Source: Acidobacteriota bacterium (GTDB lineage Bacteria; Acidobacteriota; UBA6911; RPQK01; JAJDTT01). Taken from it: a stretch of 64,000 nucleotides of DNA. Shown in pieces: positions 9,211-18,741 of the stretch. Where the stretch lies: NCBI GenBank assembly GCA_965217775.1, contig CBDCJH010000002.1, positions 5,568,001 through 5,632,000 of the forward strand. Reading direction: 5' to 3'. The translations under genes and the position numbers were made by a program. The stretch's first letter is position 1, and each line of letters opens with the position of its first letter. The notes below the pieces were generated by a model, which searched no databases, had not been told where the DNA came from, and worked only from the letters and a program-made list of their open reading frames with translations.

Positions 9211-11031
9211 TTACTTCGTGCTTCGTTTTCTCATTGCGGCCAAGGCCTCCTGCGCGCCTTCGGCCTCCCGGGACATGCCCAATTGACGGTACGCGTCGAC
9301 CAGAGCGGCGAGGGCGTGCATTGCCGTCGGTGAAGACTTTTCGAGTCGCACCACTTCCTTCAAATGAGTCACGGCATCCGCCCGCCGGCCCGCGTCCAGA
9401 TAGGCCCCGGCGGCGATCTGGTGCGCCCGTGAGTTCGCTCCAGTTTCCGTTCCCGCCAACAGCTTCGCCCGGCGCCAGACCGCATCATGGTCGGATAGCT
9501 GGACGTACGCGTGCAGAAGAGCCCGGTTCGCATCCGGGGTGTCTGCCGGGGCCTGGAGCAGATGGCTCTCAAGCTCCTTCGCAGACTCCTGATATCGCTC
9601 CAATGCCAGCAAAGTGAGTCCGAGCCAATAGCTCAACTGGGGGGTGTCGGGCGCCAGTTCCCGCGTCTTTCGCAACGAGGACAAAGCGCCTTCGAATTGG
9701 GAGGTGAGATAGAGGTCCATTCCCAGAAAATAGTGAGCCGCGGGCTGTCTGGGGTCCAGACGGATTGCGGTCCGAAGCCGGTCGATCGCCGCGTCCAATC
9801 GATTCAGATCATGCAGGAGCAGGCCCAGATTCATCTGTGCTTCCGCGAAACCGGGCGCCTCCCGCACGACCTCGATATAGGCGGCCTCCGCCTGGGGGTG
9901 GTCCCCCTGCTTGTGGGCTTCGACACCTCGTCGAAACGTCTGGAGGACGGGACTTTCGGGGTCCAGCCGCCGCACCTCGTCGGTGCCGGTGTCTCGAATC
10001 AGCAGGCCTTCCGCGGGTGCCGCCTCGGCCTGGCGAAGTTCCTCCGCCCTTGCCAGTTCTTCTCGGGCCTTCTCGATCTCTCCGGTCTGGCTGTACAAGA
10101 GCCCCAGCGTGTAGCGGGATTGGCGGTAATCCGGGTCCAGGCGAATGCTGCGTTTGAGAAGTTCTTCCGCCTGCTGTAACCGGCCGTTCTTCAGAGCCAA
10201 GCGGCCCAGCGCCGCAAGTGCTTTGGCATGGTTGGGGCGCAGGTTAACGATCTCGCGATAGAGTTTTTCCGCCCTCCCTGAAAATCCGTCGCTCTCGCTG
10301 ATCTTGGCCAGAAAGAACCTGGCGGTGGTGGAATCGGGAGCCAGGTCGAGACTTCGGCGCAAATGTTTCTCGGCCGCGGCGAAACGTCCCGCCTTGTACA
10401 AGTAGTACCCGAGGGAGAAATGGGTTTGACCGTTGGAGTCTCTCTCCACGGCTTCACCCAGGATGTCCAGGGCGCCTTGGACGTCGCCTCTCGCATGGAG
10501 GCATGCCGCCAGCAACGTGGTGTGCGGCTGGTCCAGCCGATTCGGTTCCTGAATCCGGCGCAGAGCCTGGATCGCTTCCTGGTAGAGGCCTCTTCCGTAC
10601 GCTTCTTCCGCCAGTTCATATAGGACGGGGTCCGTGGCCTCCACCTTCAGGGCCCTGAAGAAATAGGGGTCCGACTCCTCCGGAGGTCCGGTCTTCCGCT
10701 TGGCTCGCCACATCCACAAAAGGGCTTCACCGGAGTCGGGAGTCCGTTGCAGAGCGCTTTCCAGGGGACCTACCGCGTCGTCGGGCCGACTGGACTCGAC
10801 CAGGGTCCGTCCCAGGAGAATGAGCGCGCCGGCGTTCTCCGGCTCCCGTTCCAGCAGGCTCTCCAGAATCGATCGAGCCTGGGACAGATCGCCCCGTGCG
10901 AGGGCCGTCCGGGCCTCGCGCAGGCGGTCACTCGGAGGCGACGGGGAAGGGAAGGCGCGCTGCACCGGCCAGAACAGGAGTCCGGCCAGAATCAGAAGGG
11001 ATGAGGCTCGACGAACCGAAAGGCTTGGCAT
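9211..11031 (-). CDS. Secreted tetratricopeptide repeat protein
   Basis: Signal peptide and many TPRs (AEAQMNLGLLL, AAHYFLGMDLY). Confidence 0.88.
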   Translation of the reverse strand: MPSLSVRRASSLLILAGLLFWPVQRAFPSPSPPSDRLREARTALARGDLSQARSILESLLEREPENAGALILLGRTLVESSRPDDAVGPLESALQRTPDSGEALLWMWRAKRKTGPPEESDPYFFRALKVEATDPVLYELAEEAYGRGLYQEAIQALRRIQEPNRLDQPHTTLLAACLHARGDVQGALDILGEAVERDSNGQTHFSLGYYLYKAGRFAAAEKHLRRSLDLAPDSTTARFFLAKISESDGFSGRAEKLYREIVNLRPNHAKALAALGRLALKNGRLQQAEELLKRSIRLDPDYRQSRYTLGLLYSQTGEIEKAREELARAEELRQAEAAPAEGLLIRDTGTDEVRRLDPESPVLQTFRRGVEAHKQGDHPQAEAAYIEVVREAPGFAEAQMNLGLLLHDLNRLDAAIDRLRTAIRLDPRQPAAHYFLGMDLYLTSQFEGALSSLRKTRELAPDTPQLSYWLGLTLLALERYQESAKELESHLLQAPADTPDANRALLHAYVQLSDHDAVWRRAKLLAGTETGANSRAHQIAAGAYLDAGRRADAVTHLKEVVRLEKSSPTAMHALAALVDAYRQLGMSREAEGAQEALAAMRKRSTK

Positions 11032-11177
11032 CCTTTACCGTGGCGATCCGGGCCAGTCTACTACGGGGACGAGGTCCATCCCACCGGGCGCCGGGAAATC
11101 CGGGTCCGGCCCGCAGTCCGGTTTTGCCGTGTCCGGTTATGATAGCGACGGCCGGGGCCGGCGAAAGCGAGCATTCC

Positions 11178-12860
11178 ATGTTTCTTGTCCGCACCTGGAC
11201 ACTCCCGATTCTGCTCCTCTTCACCAATGCCGGAATCCCCCTCCTCGTTGGAGAGGGATCCTCTCCCGGCTGGCCGCTGTTCGTCGACGTTTCGGAAGAC
11301 GGCGGGGTCCCGTTTGTCCACCGTGCTTCCGCCACCCCCAAGAAGTTCCTGCTGGAGACCATGGGTTCGGGAGTCGCGGTGCTGGATTACGACGGGGACG
11401 GGCTCCTGGACATCTACCTGCTGAACGGGGCCAGACTGACCCCCGGCATGGCCCCGGGATCGATTCCGGAAAAATCTTCGCCCGAATACTGGAACCGGCT
11501 CTACAGAAACAACGGTAACGGGAGCTACACCGATACTACCGATGACGCCGGGGTAGCGGGCCGCGGCTATGCCATGGGCGTGGCGGTCGGGGACTACGAC
11601 AACGACGGCCGGCCCGATCTCTACGTCACCAACTACCCCTCGAACCAGCTCTTCCGCAATCAGGGCGACGGGACCTTCCGGGACGTGACCGGGACCGCCG
11701 GGGTCCGCGGCGGGGGCTGGTCCAGCAGCGCCGGGTTCTTCGACTACGACCGGGATGGTGATCTGGATCTGTACGTCTGCCGCTATATGCAGTGGGATTT
11801 CGACGATGTCTTCTGTGGCCGTTCCGACCTGCGGGCCTACTGCGACCCGAAACACTTCCGCCCCATTTCCAACCTGCTCTATCGGAACGACGGGGACGGG
11901 ACCTTCACCGATGCGACGGAAAGCAGTGGTGTCGGTGCCCACCCGAGCAAGGGCCTGGGCGTTGCCTTCAACGATTTCGACCGGGACGGCTGGCCGGACG
12001 TCGTCGTGGCCAACGACGGGGTGCCGCAATCCCTTTTCCTGAATCAGGGAAACGGCTCCTTTCGGGAGGAGGCTCTGCTCAAGGGATTGGCTTTCGACGA
12101 AGACGGGAACACCTTCGCCGGGATGGGTGTCCACTTCGCCGACTACGACCAGGACGGGTGGCCCGACGTGCTCATCACGACCCTCTCGCTGGAGACCTAC
12201 GCCCTTTTCCGCAATCTCTCCGGACGGGCCTTCGACTACGTTTCGAAACGCTCGGGCGTGGCCGCAGCCACCCGGCTCTACTCGGGTTGGGGAACCTTCT
12301 TCTTCGACGCGGACAACGACGGCCGGAAGGACATCTTCGTCGCTCAAGGGCACGTCATGGACACCATCGAGTCCACCAACTCGACCCTGAGCTATCTCCA
12401 GCCGCCCCTGCTGCTCCGGAACCGGGCCGATGTCTTCGAAGATGTCTCAGCCGAAAGCGGCCGCCCCTTTTGGAAATCCCATGCCGGCCGGGGAGCCGCT
12501 TTCGGAGACCTGGACAACGACGGCGACCTGGACCTGGTGATCGTCAACATGGACCGCCGGGTCCAGATTCTCCGCAACGAAACGGCCGGGGCGAACTGGA
12601 TCAGCTTCCGGCTGAAGGGGAACCGCTCGAATTCCGAAGGAATCGGAGCCGAGATCCGGATCACGCCGGACTCGGGAAACCGCCAGTTCGCCCGGGTGAC
12701 CCGGGCTTCCAGCTATCTCTCCTCCAACGACGTCCGGCGCCACTTCGGTCTGGCGGGCCATACATCCATCAAGGAAGTCAGAATCACCTGGCCCAGCGGA
12801 GTCGTGCAGACACTTCGATCAGTTGGTGCGAATCAGTTCCTCGAGATCAAGGAACCATAG
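11178..12860 (+). CDS. CRTAC1-family protein (FG-GAP/VCBS repeats + ASPIC/UnbV)
   Basis: Repeated DYDxDGxxDL motifs; C-terminal SNSEGIGA, SSYLSSND..HFGL, WPSG; start likely ATG 11178. Confidence 0.92.
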   Translation: MFLVRTWTLPILLLFTNAGIPLLVGEGSSPGWPLFVDVSEDGGVPFVHRASATPKKFLLETMGSGVAVLDYDGDGLLDIYLLNGARLTPGMAPGSIPEKSSPEYWNRLYRNNGNGSYTDTTDDAGVAGRGYAMGVAVGDYDNDGRPDLYVTNYPSNQLFRNQGDGTFRDVTGTAGVRGGGWSSSAGFFDYDRDGDLDLYVCRYMQWDFDDVFCGRSDLRAYCDPKHFRPISNLLYRNDGDGTFTDATESSGVGAHPSKGLGVAFNDFDRDGWPDVVVANDGVPQSLFLNQGNGSFREEALLKGLAFDEDGNTFAGMGVHFADYDQDGWPDVLITTLSLETYALFRNLSGRAFDYVSKRSGVAAATRLYSGWGTFFFDADNDGRKDIFVAQGHVMDTIESTNSTLSYLQPPLLLRNRADVFEDVSAESGRPFWKSHAGRGAAFGDLDNDGDLDLVIVNMDRRVQILRNETAGANWISFRLKGNRSNSEGIGAEIRITPDSGNRQFARVTRASSYLSSNDVRRHFGLAGHTSIKEVRITWPSGVVQTLRSVGANQFLEIKEP

Positions 12861-12863
12861 GAA

Positions 12864-13023
12864 CGGATTCGGGGTACGACTACGACGACAGTTAACGATT
12901 GCCCAGGTTCGAACGTCATAGGAGTAGATCCGAAAGGACGCAGGAATGTGGATGTGGTTGCAAAACATTCTAGTACCGCTTGGGGTCGTTGCCGTGGTGG
13001 TGCTCATGAGTTGGCTCAGCCAT
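12864..13023 (+). repeat. Copy 2 of the duplicated ECF promoter/gene-start segment; promoter GTTAAC(12891)-N17-CGTCAT(12914)
   Basis: Aligns with the reverse complement of 3828..3982. Confidence 0.9.
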
Positions 13024-13026
13024 TGA
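12946..13026 (+). pseudogene. 26-aa remnant or small membrane peptide MWMWLQNILVPLGVVAVVVLMSWLSH
   Basis: Homologous to the N-terminus of 3423..3899 (MWMQNTLVPLGVFAMVVLILWFSH). Confidence 0.7.
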
Positions 13027-13082
13027 GCTCTCCCGGTTGGAGAACTGCATTTGCCGCCTATCTTCAGAACTCGCTGGGAGCC

Positions 13083-13982
13083 ATGAGCATGACCTCAATG
13101 ATTCACTCTCGTCCAAGCATGTCACTCGGTCTTCTCCTTCTGCTGCCAGCGGCTGCGTGTTGGGGCGAAGTGGGTTTGGAGCGGACCGAGGTTTCTGAGC
13201 AAACCTACCCGGCATCCGCGATCCAAATCGTCTCGCTCGAAAACAGAAACGGGCGCATTCACCTACAAGCCTGGGACAGGGATGAAATTCAGGTGAAGGC
13301 GACCAAGAAGGTGAAAGGGTGGGGGCTGGATAAAGCCGAGGAGATCCTGAAAGAAATCAAATTCGAACTGATTCACGAGGGAGAGACCTTGACGATCCGT
13401 ACTGCTTTGCCCAATCACTGGCGTCGGTGGGGCCGTTCCGCATCTGTCCAGTATGAAATCAAGCTGCCCCGCAGGATGAACGTGGAGGCGACCTCGACCA
13501 ATGGGCGTGTTATCGCCTCCGGCCTTGAAGGAAAGCAGCGTTATTCCTCCGCTAATGGAAAGATTCAGGTTCAGGGAAGTAAAGGTTCCTTGGAGGCTCA
13601 GACCGTGAATGGTGCCGTCGAGATCGATGGCGCCAGTGGTGTTCTTGATGCTGAGACCAAGAACGGCTCGATTCATACTCAGAATATCAATGGCCGTCTT
13701 CGGGCCAAGACGGCTAACGGAAGTATCCGAGCCAGTTTTTCCACCCCACCGGACGGTGAGGTGGCGTTGAATACTACAAACGGCTCGGTTCGTCTGACCT
13801 TGCCGGCCCAGACCCACGCCAATGTGGTCGCCCGGACTGCCAACGGATCCATCGCAACCGATTTTCCACTTATGGTTCAGGGAAAAATCGGGAAGAAATT
13901 GGAAGGTAAACTCGGCGAAGGCGGCCCGCCCTTGACACTTTCCACCGTTAACGGCAGCATCCGGATTTCCAGATTGGAATAA
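13083..13982 (+). CDS. DUF4097 family beta-strand repeat protein
   Basis: Signal peptide; repeated TxNGxI/V motifs; GGGAG RBS before ATG 13083. Confidence 0.88.
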   Translation: MSMTSMIHSRPSMSLGLLLLLPAAACWGEVGLERTEVSEQTYPASAIQIVSLENRNGRIHLQAWDRDEIQVKATKKVKGWGLDKAEEILKEIKFELIHEGETLTIRTALPNHWRRWGRSASVQYEIKLPRRMNVEATSTNGRVIASGLEGKQRYSSANGKIQVQGSKGSLEAQTVNGAVEIDGASGVLDAETKNGSIHTQNINGRLRAKTANGSIRASFSTPPDGEVALNTTNGSVRLTLPAQTHANVVARTANGSIATDFPLMVQGKIGKKLEGKLGEGGPPLTLSTVNGSIRISRLE

Positions 13983-13984
13983 AC

Positions 13985-14008
13985 CCCGAATCAGCCTCCC
14001 GATTCGGG
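13985..14008 (+). terminator. Stem-loop after the DUF4097 gene (CCCGAATC-N8-GATTCGGG)
   Basis: 8-bp perfect stem; no U-tract, so function is uncertain. Confidence 0.4.
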
Positions 14009-14086
14009 TGCGCGACACTCGATCGAAGCACAATACGTCATCTGCTGACCACGCGGGTCGCTCTTCATCTTGCCCGGCGAGGAGAC

Positions 14087-15319
14087 ATGATGATCGACGG
14101 ACCGCAAGAGCCCCTGAAACCAACGCCGTTGCGAGAAAGGATCCGCTCGCTGGATCTGCTGCGCGGGTTCGCCCTGCTCGGCATTCTGATCGTGAACATT
14201 CAGTCTTTTTCGATGATCACGGCCGCCTACCTCAACCCCACGGCCTATGGGGATCTGAGCGGCAGCAATGGCTGGGTCTACATTTTGAGTAATGTCCTTG
14301 CCGAGCAGAAGTTCATGACGTTGTTCACGATTCTCTTTGGCGCCGGCATCGTGCTGATGACCTCACGTGTGGAAGCCCGCGGGGCCAGCGCCGCGGTTGT
14401 TCACTATCGCAGGACGTTCATTCTGTTGGTGTTCGGGCTCTTGCACGCCTATCTGCTATGGGCTGGTGACGTGCTGGTCTCCTACGCACTCTGCGCGTTG
14501 CTGGTCTTCCCATTTCGCAAGTTGTCTCCCAAGACTCTGCTGACATTGGGCCTGGGGAGCGTGCTGATCGGGTCCATCATTTATCTGTTCATCGGTCTGA
14601 CGATGGGGTACATCCCGCCCGACGCGATAGCCGAGATGATGAGCATCTGGAGGCCGTCCGCGGAACTGGTGAAAGAGGAGGTGACGGCTTACCGGTCGGG
14701 GTGGTTGCAACAGATGGAGAAACGAGTCGACACGGCACTCGTCATCCAAACCAGAGCGTTTCTGATGTGGGGGCTCTGGCGAATCGGGGGACTGATGCTG
14801 GTCGGGATGGCACTCTTCAAATGGGGAGTCTTGGCGGCTGCCCGCTCGAGTCGATTCTACATCGGTCTGGCCGTCGCGGGTCTGAGCCTGGGATGGGCCC
14901 TGTCGAGCTACGGCCTGGTTCGCAATTTTTCCAGGAACTGGTCGCTGGACTGCTGGTTCATCGGCAGTCAGTACAATTATTGGGGAAGCACTCTGGTGAG
15001 TTTGGGCTACCTCAGCCTGGTGATGTTGATCTGCAGATCACGGCTGGGGGGACGTCTCTTGCAAGCCATATCGGCAGTCGGACGCACGGCGTTGAGCAAC
15101 TACCTGCTCCAGACTGTCCTTTGCACGACGCTGTTTTACGGACACGGTCTGGGACTCTTCGGGAGCGTCGAGAGAACGGTACAGGTAGCCGTCGTCTTGG
15201 CCGTCTGGATCGTTCAACTCATCGCCTCTTCCTGGTGGGTCAAGCGGTTCCGTTACGGGCCCATGGAATGGGTGTGGCGCTCTCTGACCTATGGGCAACT
15301 CCAAATGGTCCTGCCATAG
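14087..15319 (+). CDS. DUF418 (YeiB-like) membrane protein
   Basis: RIRSLDLLRGFALLGILIVNI, LFTILFGAG, GRTALSNYLLQT, FRYGPMEWVWRSLTYG. Confidence 0.92.
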   Translation: MMIDGPQEPLKPTPLRERIRSLDLLRGFALLGILIVNIQSFSMITAAYLNPTAYGDLSGSNGWVYILSNVLAEQKFMTLFTILFGAGIVLMTSRVEARGASAAVVHYRRTFILLVFGLLHAYLLWAGDVLVSYALCALLVFPFRKLSPKTLLTLGLGSVLIGSIIYLFIGLTMGYIPPDAIAEMMSIWRPSAELVKEEVTAYRSGWLQQMEKRVDTALVIQTRAFLMWGLWRIGGLMLVGMALFKWGVLAAARSSRFYIGLAVAGLSLGWALSSYGLVRNFSRNWSLDCWFIGSQYNYWGSTLVSLGYLSLVMLICRSRLGGRLLQAISAVGRTALSNYLLQTVLCTTLFYGHGLGLFGSVERTVQVAVVLAVWIVQLIASSWWVKRFRYGPMEWVWRSLTYGQLQMVLP

Positions 15320-16286
15320 AGGAATACGGTCGAGATCCATGCGGAGGCGGGTGCTCCCGTAGCTGGTCACCAGCAGTTCCTCGCGCCTGAGCCTCGAGCT
15401 TGCGCGGACAGCCAGCTCACCCGTCCCCATCAAGCGGAAAGTCTCCCAGCCCACCTCGTCCTCCGGCTTGCTTTGCACCGGTACCAGGAGCCACTGGAAG
15501 ACTTCGGGTATCTGGCCCATCACCCTCCCGACCTCTTCCTTGAGACGGGTCTCGGCCTGCTTGGCCTGGAACGGGTCGAGATTCAGGGTCTCCCTCTCCG
15601 CAACGATCGATTGCCAGGCGAACGCTGGGGTCGTCGGGAACATCCCCGGCCTCGCGCGGGAAGCAGTGAACGGCGTGAAAGTCGCCCCGCTTGGCCGCAT
15701 CGGCCTGCACCCGCCGCCTGATCTCCTCGGCAACCTTGTCGGGATCGCGTTCCAGTTGCGCGGCCCTGTCCCTCGCGAGCTTGGTGACGGTGGGCTGCGT
15801 GTCGTACCAGACACGGGATTCGTCCTGGTACGGATGAGTCGCTTCTCCGGCCAGGCGGCGCAACGCGTCCCCGAAGATTGCCGACGATTCCCCCGGAAGT
15901 ACGCAACCGAGCTTTACCCGTCGGTCGTCCATCCCTTTGCGGGCCGCATCCTTCAAGGGAGCCGACCCCAGGTAGACGGTTCGGGCGACGCGTCGGCAGG
16001 CGGTCAGTCTCGGTCAACGTCTGGGCAAAGGTGAACTGTGTCTCGAAGCTGCCGGCCGGCAGGTCGCTGCGATGATGCAACTGGCGCGCGTAGGCCACCC
16101 ACTCGTCGATGAGCACCACGCACGGACCGAAGTCGTTGAGGAGGCCGCGAAGGGCGTCGCCGGGGCTCGTGCCCTTTTCGTCATCGGCGGCGATACTGTG
16201 GTAGCCAACCCGCCCGCCCAGTTGCCAGGCGAGCTCGACCCACAGAGTATCGCCTTGCCGACGCGTTCGTGATTGGTGATAGCCAT
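15310..16286 (-). pseudogene. DUF499 ATPase remnant with several internal deletions and frameshifts
   Basis: N-terminus MAITNHERVGKA, then fragments in different frames: VLIDEWVAYARQL..GSFETQFTFAQTLTE; GESSAIFGDALRRL..WYDTQPTVTKLARDRA; AWQSIV..LNLDPFQAKQA..LDRIPLW. Confidence 0.8.
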
Positions 16287-16289
16287 GGG

Positions 16290-16862
16290 TCAGTCCTGGT
16301 GGGTGGATGGGAGCCGCGAGGCGAGTCGTTCGACTCCGTTCATCATCGCTTGAAAACTTGGCGAACAGTTGCGCTCCCGCGTCAGGTGGTAGGCGAGAAG
16401 ACGTGCTCCGGAGATCTTCTGGTACTCCGGAACGAGCCTGGCGATCTCCCTGGCTGGATATGCGACTGCGTCCGGCAGACGAAACCTTGCCCGGGCACCG
16501 ATCTCGCGGAGCGATTCTCTTCCGAATGCCTCGGCCAACGCGTCGGGCTCACCCAGATACCATGCCTCGAGCTCTTGACAAGCGACGCGGATCAGACAGT
16601 GCTCTTCATTACGGACCGAGCACAGCTCCCGAAGGTGCTCCTTGAGAGCCTTGCAGTCCCCCCGGTCATTGTCCCTGACTACCACGAAACGGACGCCGGG
16701 CTCTCGCCAACCGCGCAGTTTCCGCGGGATGCTCTTCTCCAGATCGTTCTTTCCGTCATGAGGCACACACTGGAAGAGCAGATCTGGAAAGAGACGTGGA
16801 AGAAGGATGTCCGGAAGCGTCTTCATCGAGGGCTCCTCCAGCAGGAAGATCATCCGAGTCAT
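16290..16862 (-). CDS. DUF4276-family (TOPRIM-like) protein
   Basis: IFLLEEPSMK, VVRDNDRGD, ELEAWYLG, NCSPSF; coupled to the ATPase. Confidence 0.8.
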   Translation of the reverse strand: MTRMIFLLEEPSMKTLPDILLPRLFPDLLFQCVPHDGKNDLEKSIPRKLRGWREPGVRFVVVRDNDRGDCKALKEHLRELCSVRNEEHCLIRVACQELEAWYLGEPDALAEAFGRESLREIGARARFRLPDAVAYPAREIARLVPEYQKISGARLLAYHLTRERNCSPSFQAMMNGVERLASRLPSTHQD

Positions 16863-18034
16863 CGCGGGGCCGCGCCTTCGAAGAGCCCCTGCCTCCAGAG
16901 CGTGCCCAGCTTGTCGCCCTCGTCCACAAGCTGCTTCAGCAACCGGTCGGTGGACGCCCGCCGCACTTTCGCGAAGCCGTGCTCCTTCGCAAACCAGTAC
17001 ACCTCGTTCAGCCCTGCGCCGTTGAGGAAAAACGGGGAATGGGTCGACACGAAGACCTGTCCGCCGCGCCGTGCGTAGTCTCTGAACTCTTCGACGAGTT
17101 CCAGCAGGAGGTCGGGGTACAACTGGTTCTCGGGCTCCTCGACGGCGAGAAGCGGGTGTGGTACGGGGTCATAGAGCAGAATCAAGTAGGCGAAAATCTT
17201 GATCGTGCCGTCGCTGACAAAGCGGGCGACAAATGGATCTTGAAACGCGTGATCCTTGAAGCGGAGCACCAACCGGCCGTCTTCCGTCGGTCTCGCCTCC
17301 ACTCCGCGCACGCCGGGAACTCTCGCACTCATCGCCTGCAGAACCCGGTCGAAACACTCGGGGTGATGCTGGTAGAGGTACTGTGCGACCTGCGCTACGT
17401 TGTCGCCTCTGGTAGACAGATGCTCCGCGTACCCCGCTTCCACGCTGGGCCTCGCGTCCGAGATGTGGAAATCCGAGATGTGCCAGTTCTCGATCAGGCT
17501 CCGGAACTCCGACACCACTCGAAATCGTTGGAACTGTCCCAGCCCCTTGATGGCCAAAACACTGGGGTCGTCCAGCTTGAAATCCTCCCGCTCCTCCTCA
17601 ACGCCCTCCTGTCCGTAGACCGACTCATTGGTGATGGCAGATCCCTCGCCGCTGCTGAAGTCGACGAAGTGCCAGGGCCTTCCGTATCGCCCCCGCCGGT
17701 ACCGAAGCACTTCGCGGGCTACGACGACCCGTCCATTCTCGCTGGCGATCCTGAGAAGATACGTTGCCAGGCGCCCACCACTCTCCCGAAACTGGACCGT
17801 GATCCCGATCGGTCCCTCGCTGCCGCGCGAGACCACCTCCCGAAATCCGCCTCGCCGCGTCACGGCGGCCGCAACGTTTTGGGTCAGGGCGTCCTTGAGG
17901 AACGTGAAGACGTCGAACAGGGTCGACTTTCCCGACCCGTTTGCGCCGACGACGATGGCGAGTTGGGGGAGATCCTCGAACTTCACACTGCGGAACACGC
18001 GGTAGTTTTCTATCTTGATGTTCTCGATGCGCAT
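16859..18034 (-). CDS. AAA_15/AAA_21 ABC-type ATPase
   Basis: Walker A GANGSGKS, VSDGT signature, Walker B AVEEPEN, STHSP. Confidence 0.92.
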   Translation of the reverse strand: MRIENIKIENYRVFRSVKFEDLPQLAIVVGANGSGKSTLFDVFTFLKDALTQNVAAAVTRRGGFREVVSRGSEGPIGITVQFRESGGRLATYLLRIASENGRVVVAREVLRYRRGRYGRPWHFVDFSSGEGSAITNESVYGQEGVEEEREDFKLDDPSVLAIKGLGQFQRFRVVSEFRSLIENWHISDFHISDARPSVEAGYAEHLSTRGDNVAQVAQYLYQHHPECFDRVLQAMSARVPGVRGVEARPTEDGRLVLRFKDHAFQDPFVARFVSDGTIKIFAYLILLYDPVPHPLLAVEEPENQLYPDLLLELVEEFRDYARRGGQVFVSTHSPFFLNGAGLNEVYWFAKEHGFAKVRRASTDRLLKQLVDEGDKLGTLWRQGLFEGAAPR

Positions 18035-18066
18035 CTGTCAGCTCTCGGGTTCAAGGATCTCGGCAT

Positions 18067-18590
18067 TCACGGATTCCGCCACCCGGAAAGCTTTGCCTGC
18101 ACTGCAGGGGCTTTCGCGCCCGCCAGTTGCCTGATCTCGACCCAGCTCCCGACCAGAGCATTGTACTGGAGCGCTTCTGCGGCCCGCTTCTTCCGCTCCG
18201 AGATCGAGTAGAGCCGATAGGCGAGGTCGCGCGCCACATCGGCCACGCTCCCGAGGCGCCTGACAAGATCCGCGGCCTCCTGTTCGCCGCCGCAATCCAG
18301 CAGCCGGATCAGATGGTGGACCATTTCCCAGGTCGTGAGGCGGGCATCGGAAGACGGGTCCCATTCGGAAGGCAGTTCGGCAGGTCGTAGCAGACGAACC
18401 TTGCCCGCACGGGATTCGAGGATGCCGGCCTCCACCAATCCTTTGATGCTCGTGTTCTTGGCCTTGGACAGCGTCTCCGCTACACCGAACTCGCCCTCCG
18501 CGAAGCCGCGCTCCTCGAACCAGGCCAGAGCCCGACGGGTGTCCGCGTCGAAGTCGCCTTCCTGTTCCGCCAGCGACTCATCCAGGATCT
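18067..18590 (-). pseudogene. C-terminal fragment of a DUF1156-family DNA methyltransferase
   Basis: EQEGDFDADTRRALAWFE..AETLSKAKNTSI..GKVRLLRP..ARDLAYRLYSISERKKRAAEALQYNALV; catalytic N-terminal part absent. Confidence 0.78.
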
Positions 18591-18741
18591 GAGTGAGCAG
18601 TATACACCCGCTACGGGTGGTGCCTCCTGGTCGGCATCAGGCTCCAGCGAACGAGCTGGCAGATGCCAACCGACTGCAGCTCATGCGATTGGCTCAAAGC
18701 GGCCTGACGAAGCAAGGCATCGGTCAGAACCCCTCACCCTA

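Noticed and set aside
12948-13082. N-terminal extension of the DUF4097 ORF
   Set aside because: It overlaps the duplicated remnant in another frame; RBS and signal peptide support ATG 13083
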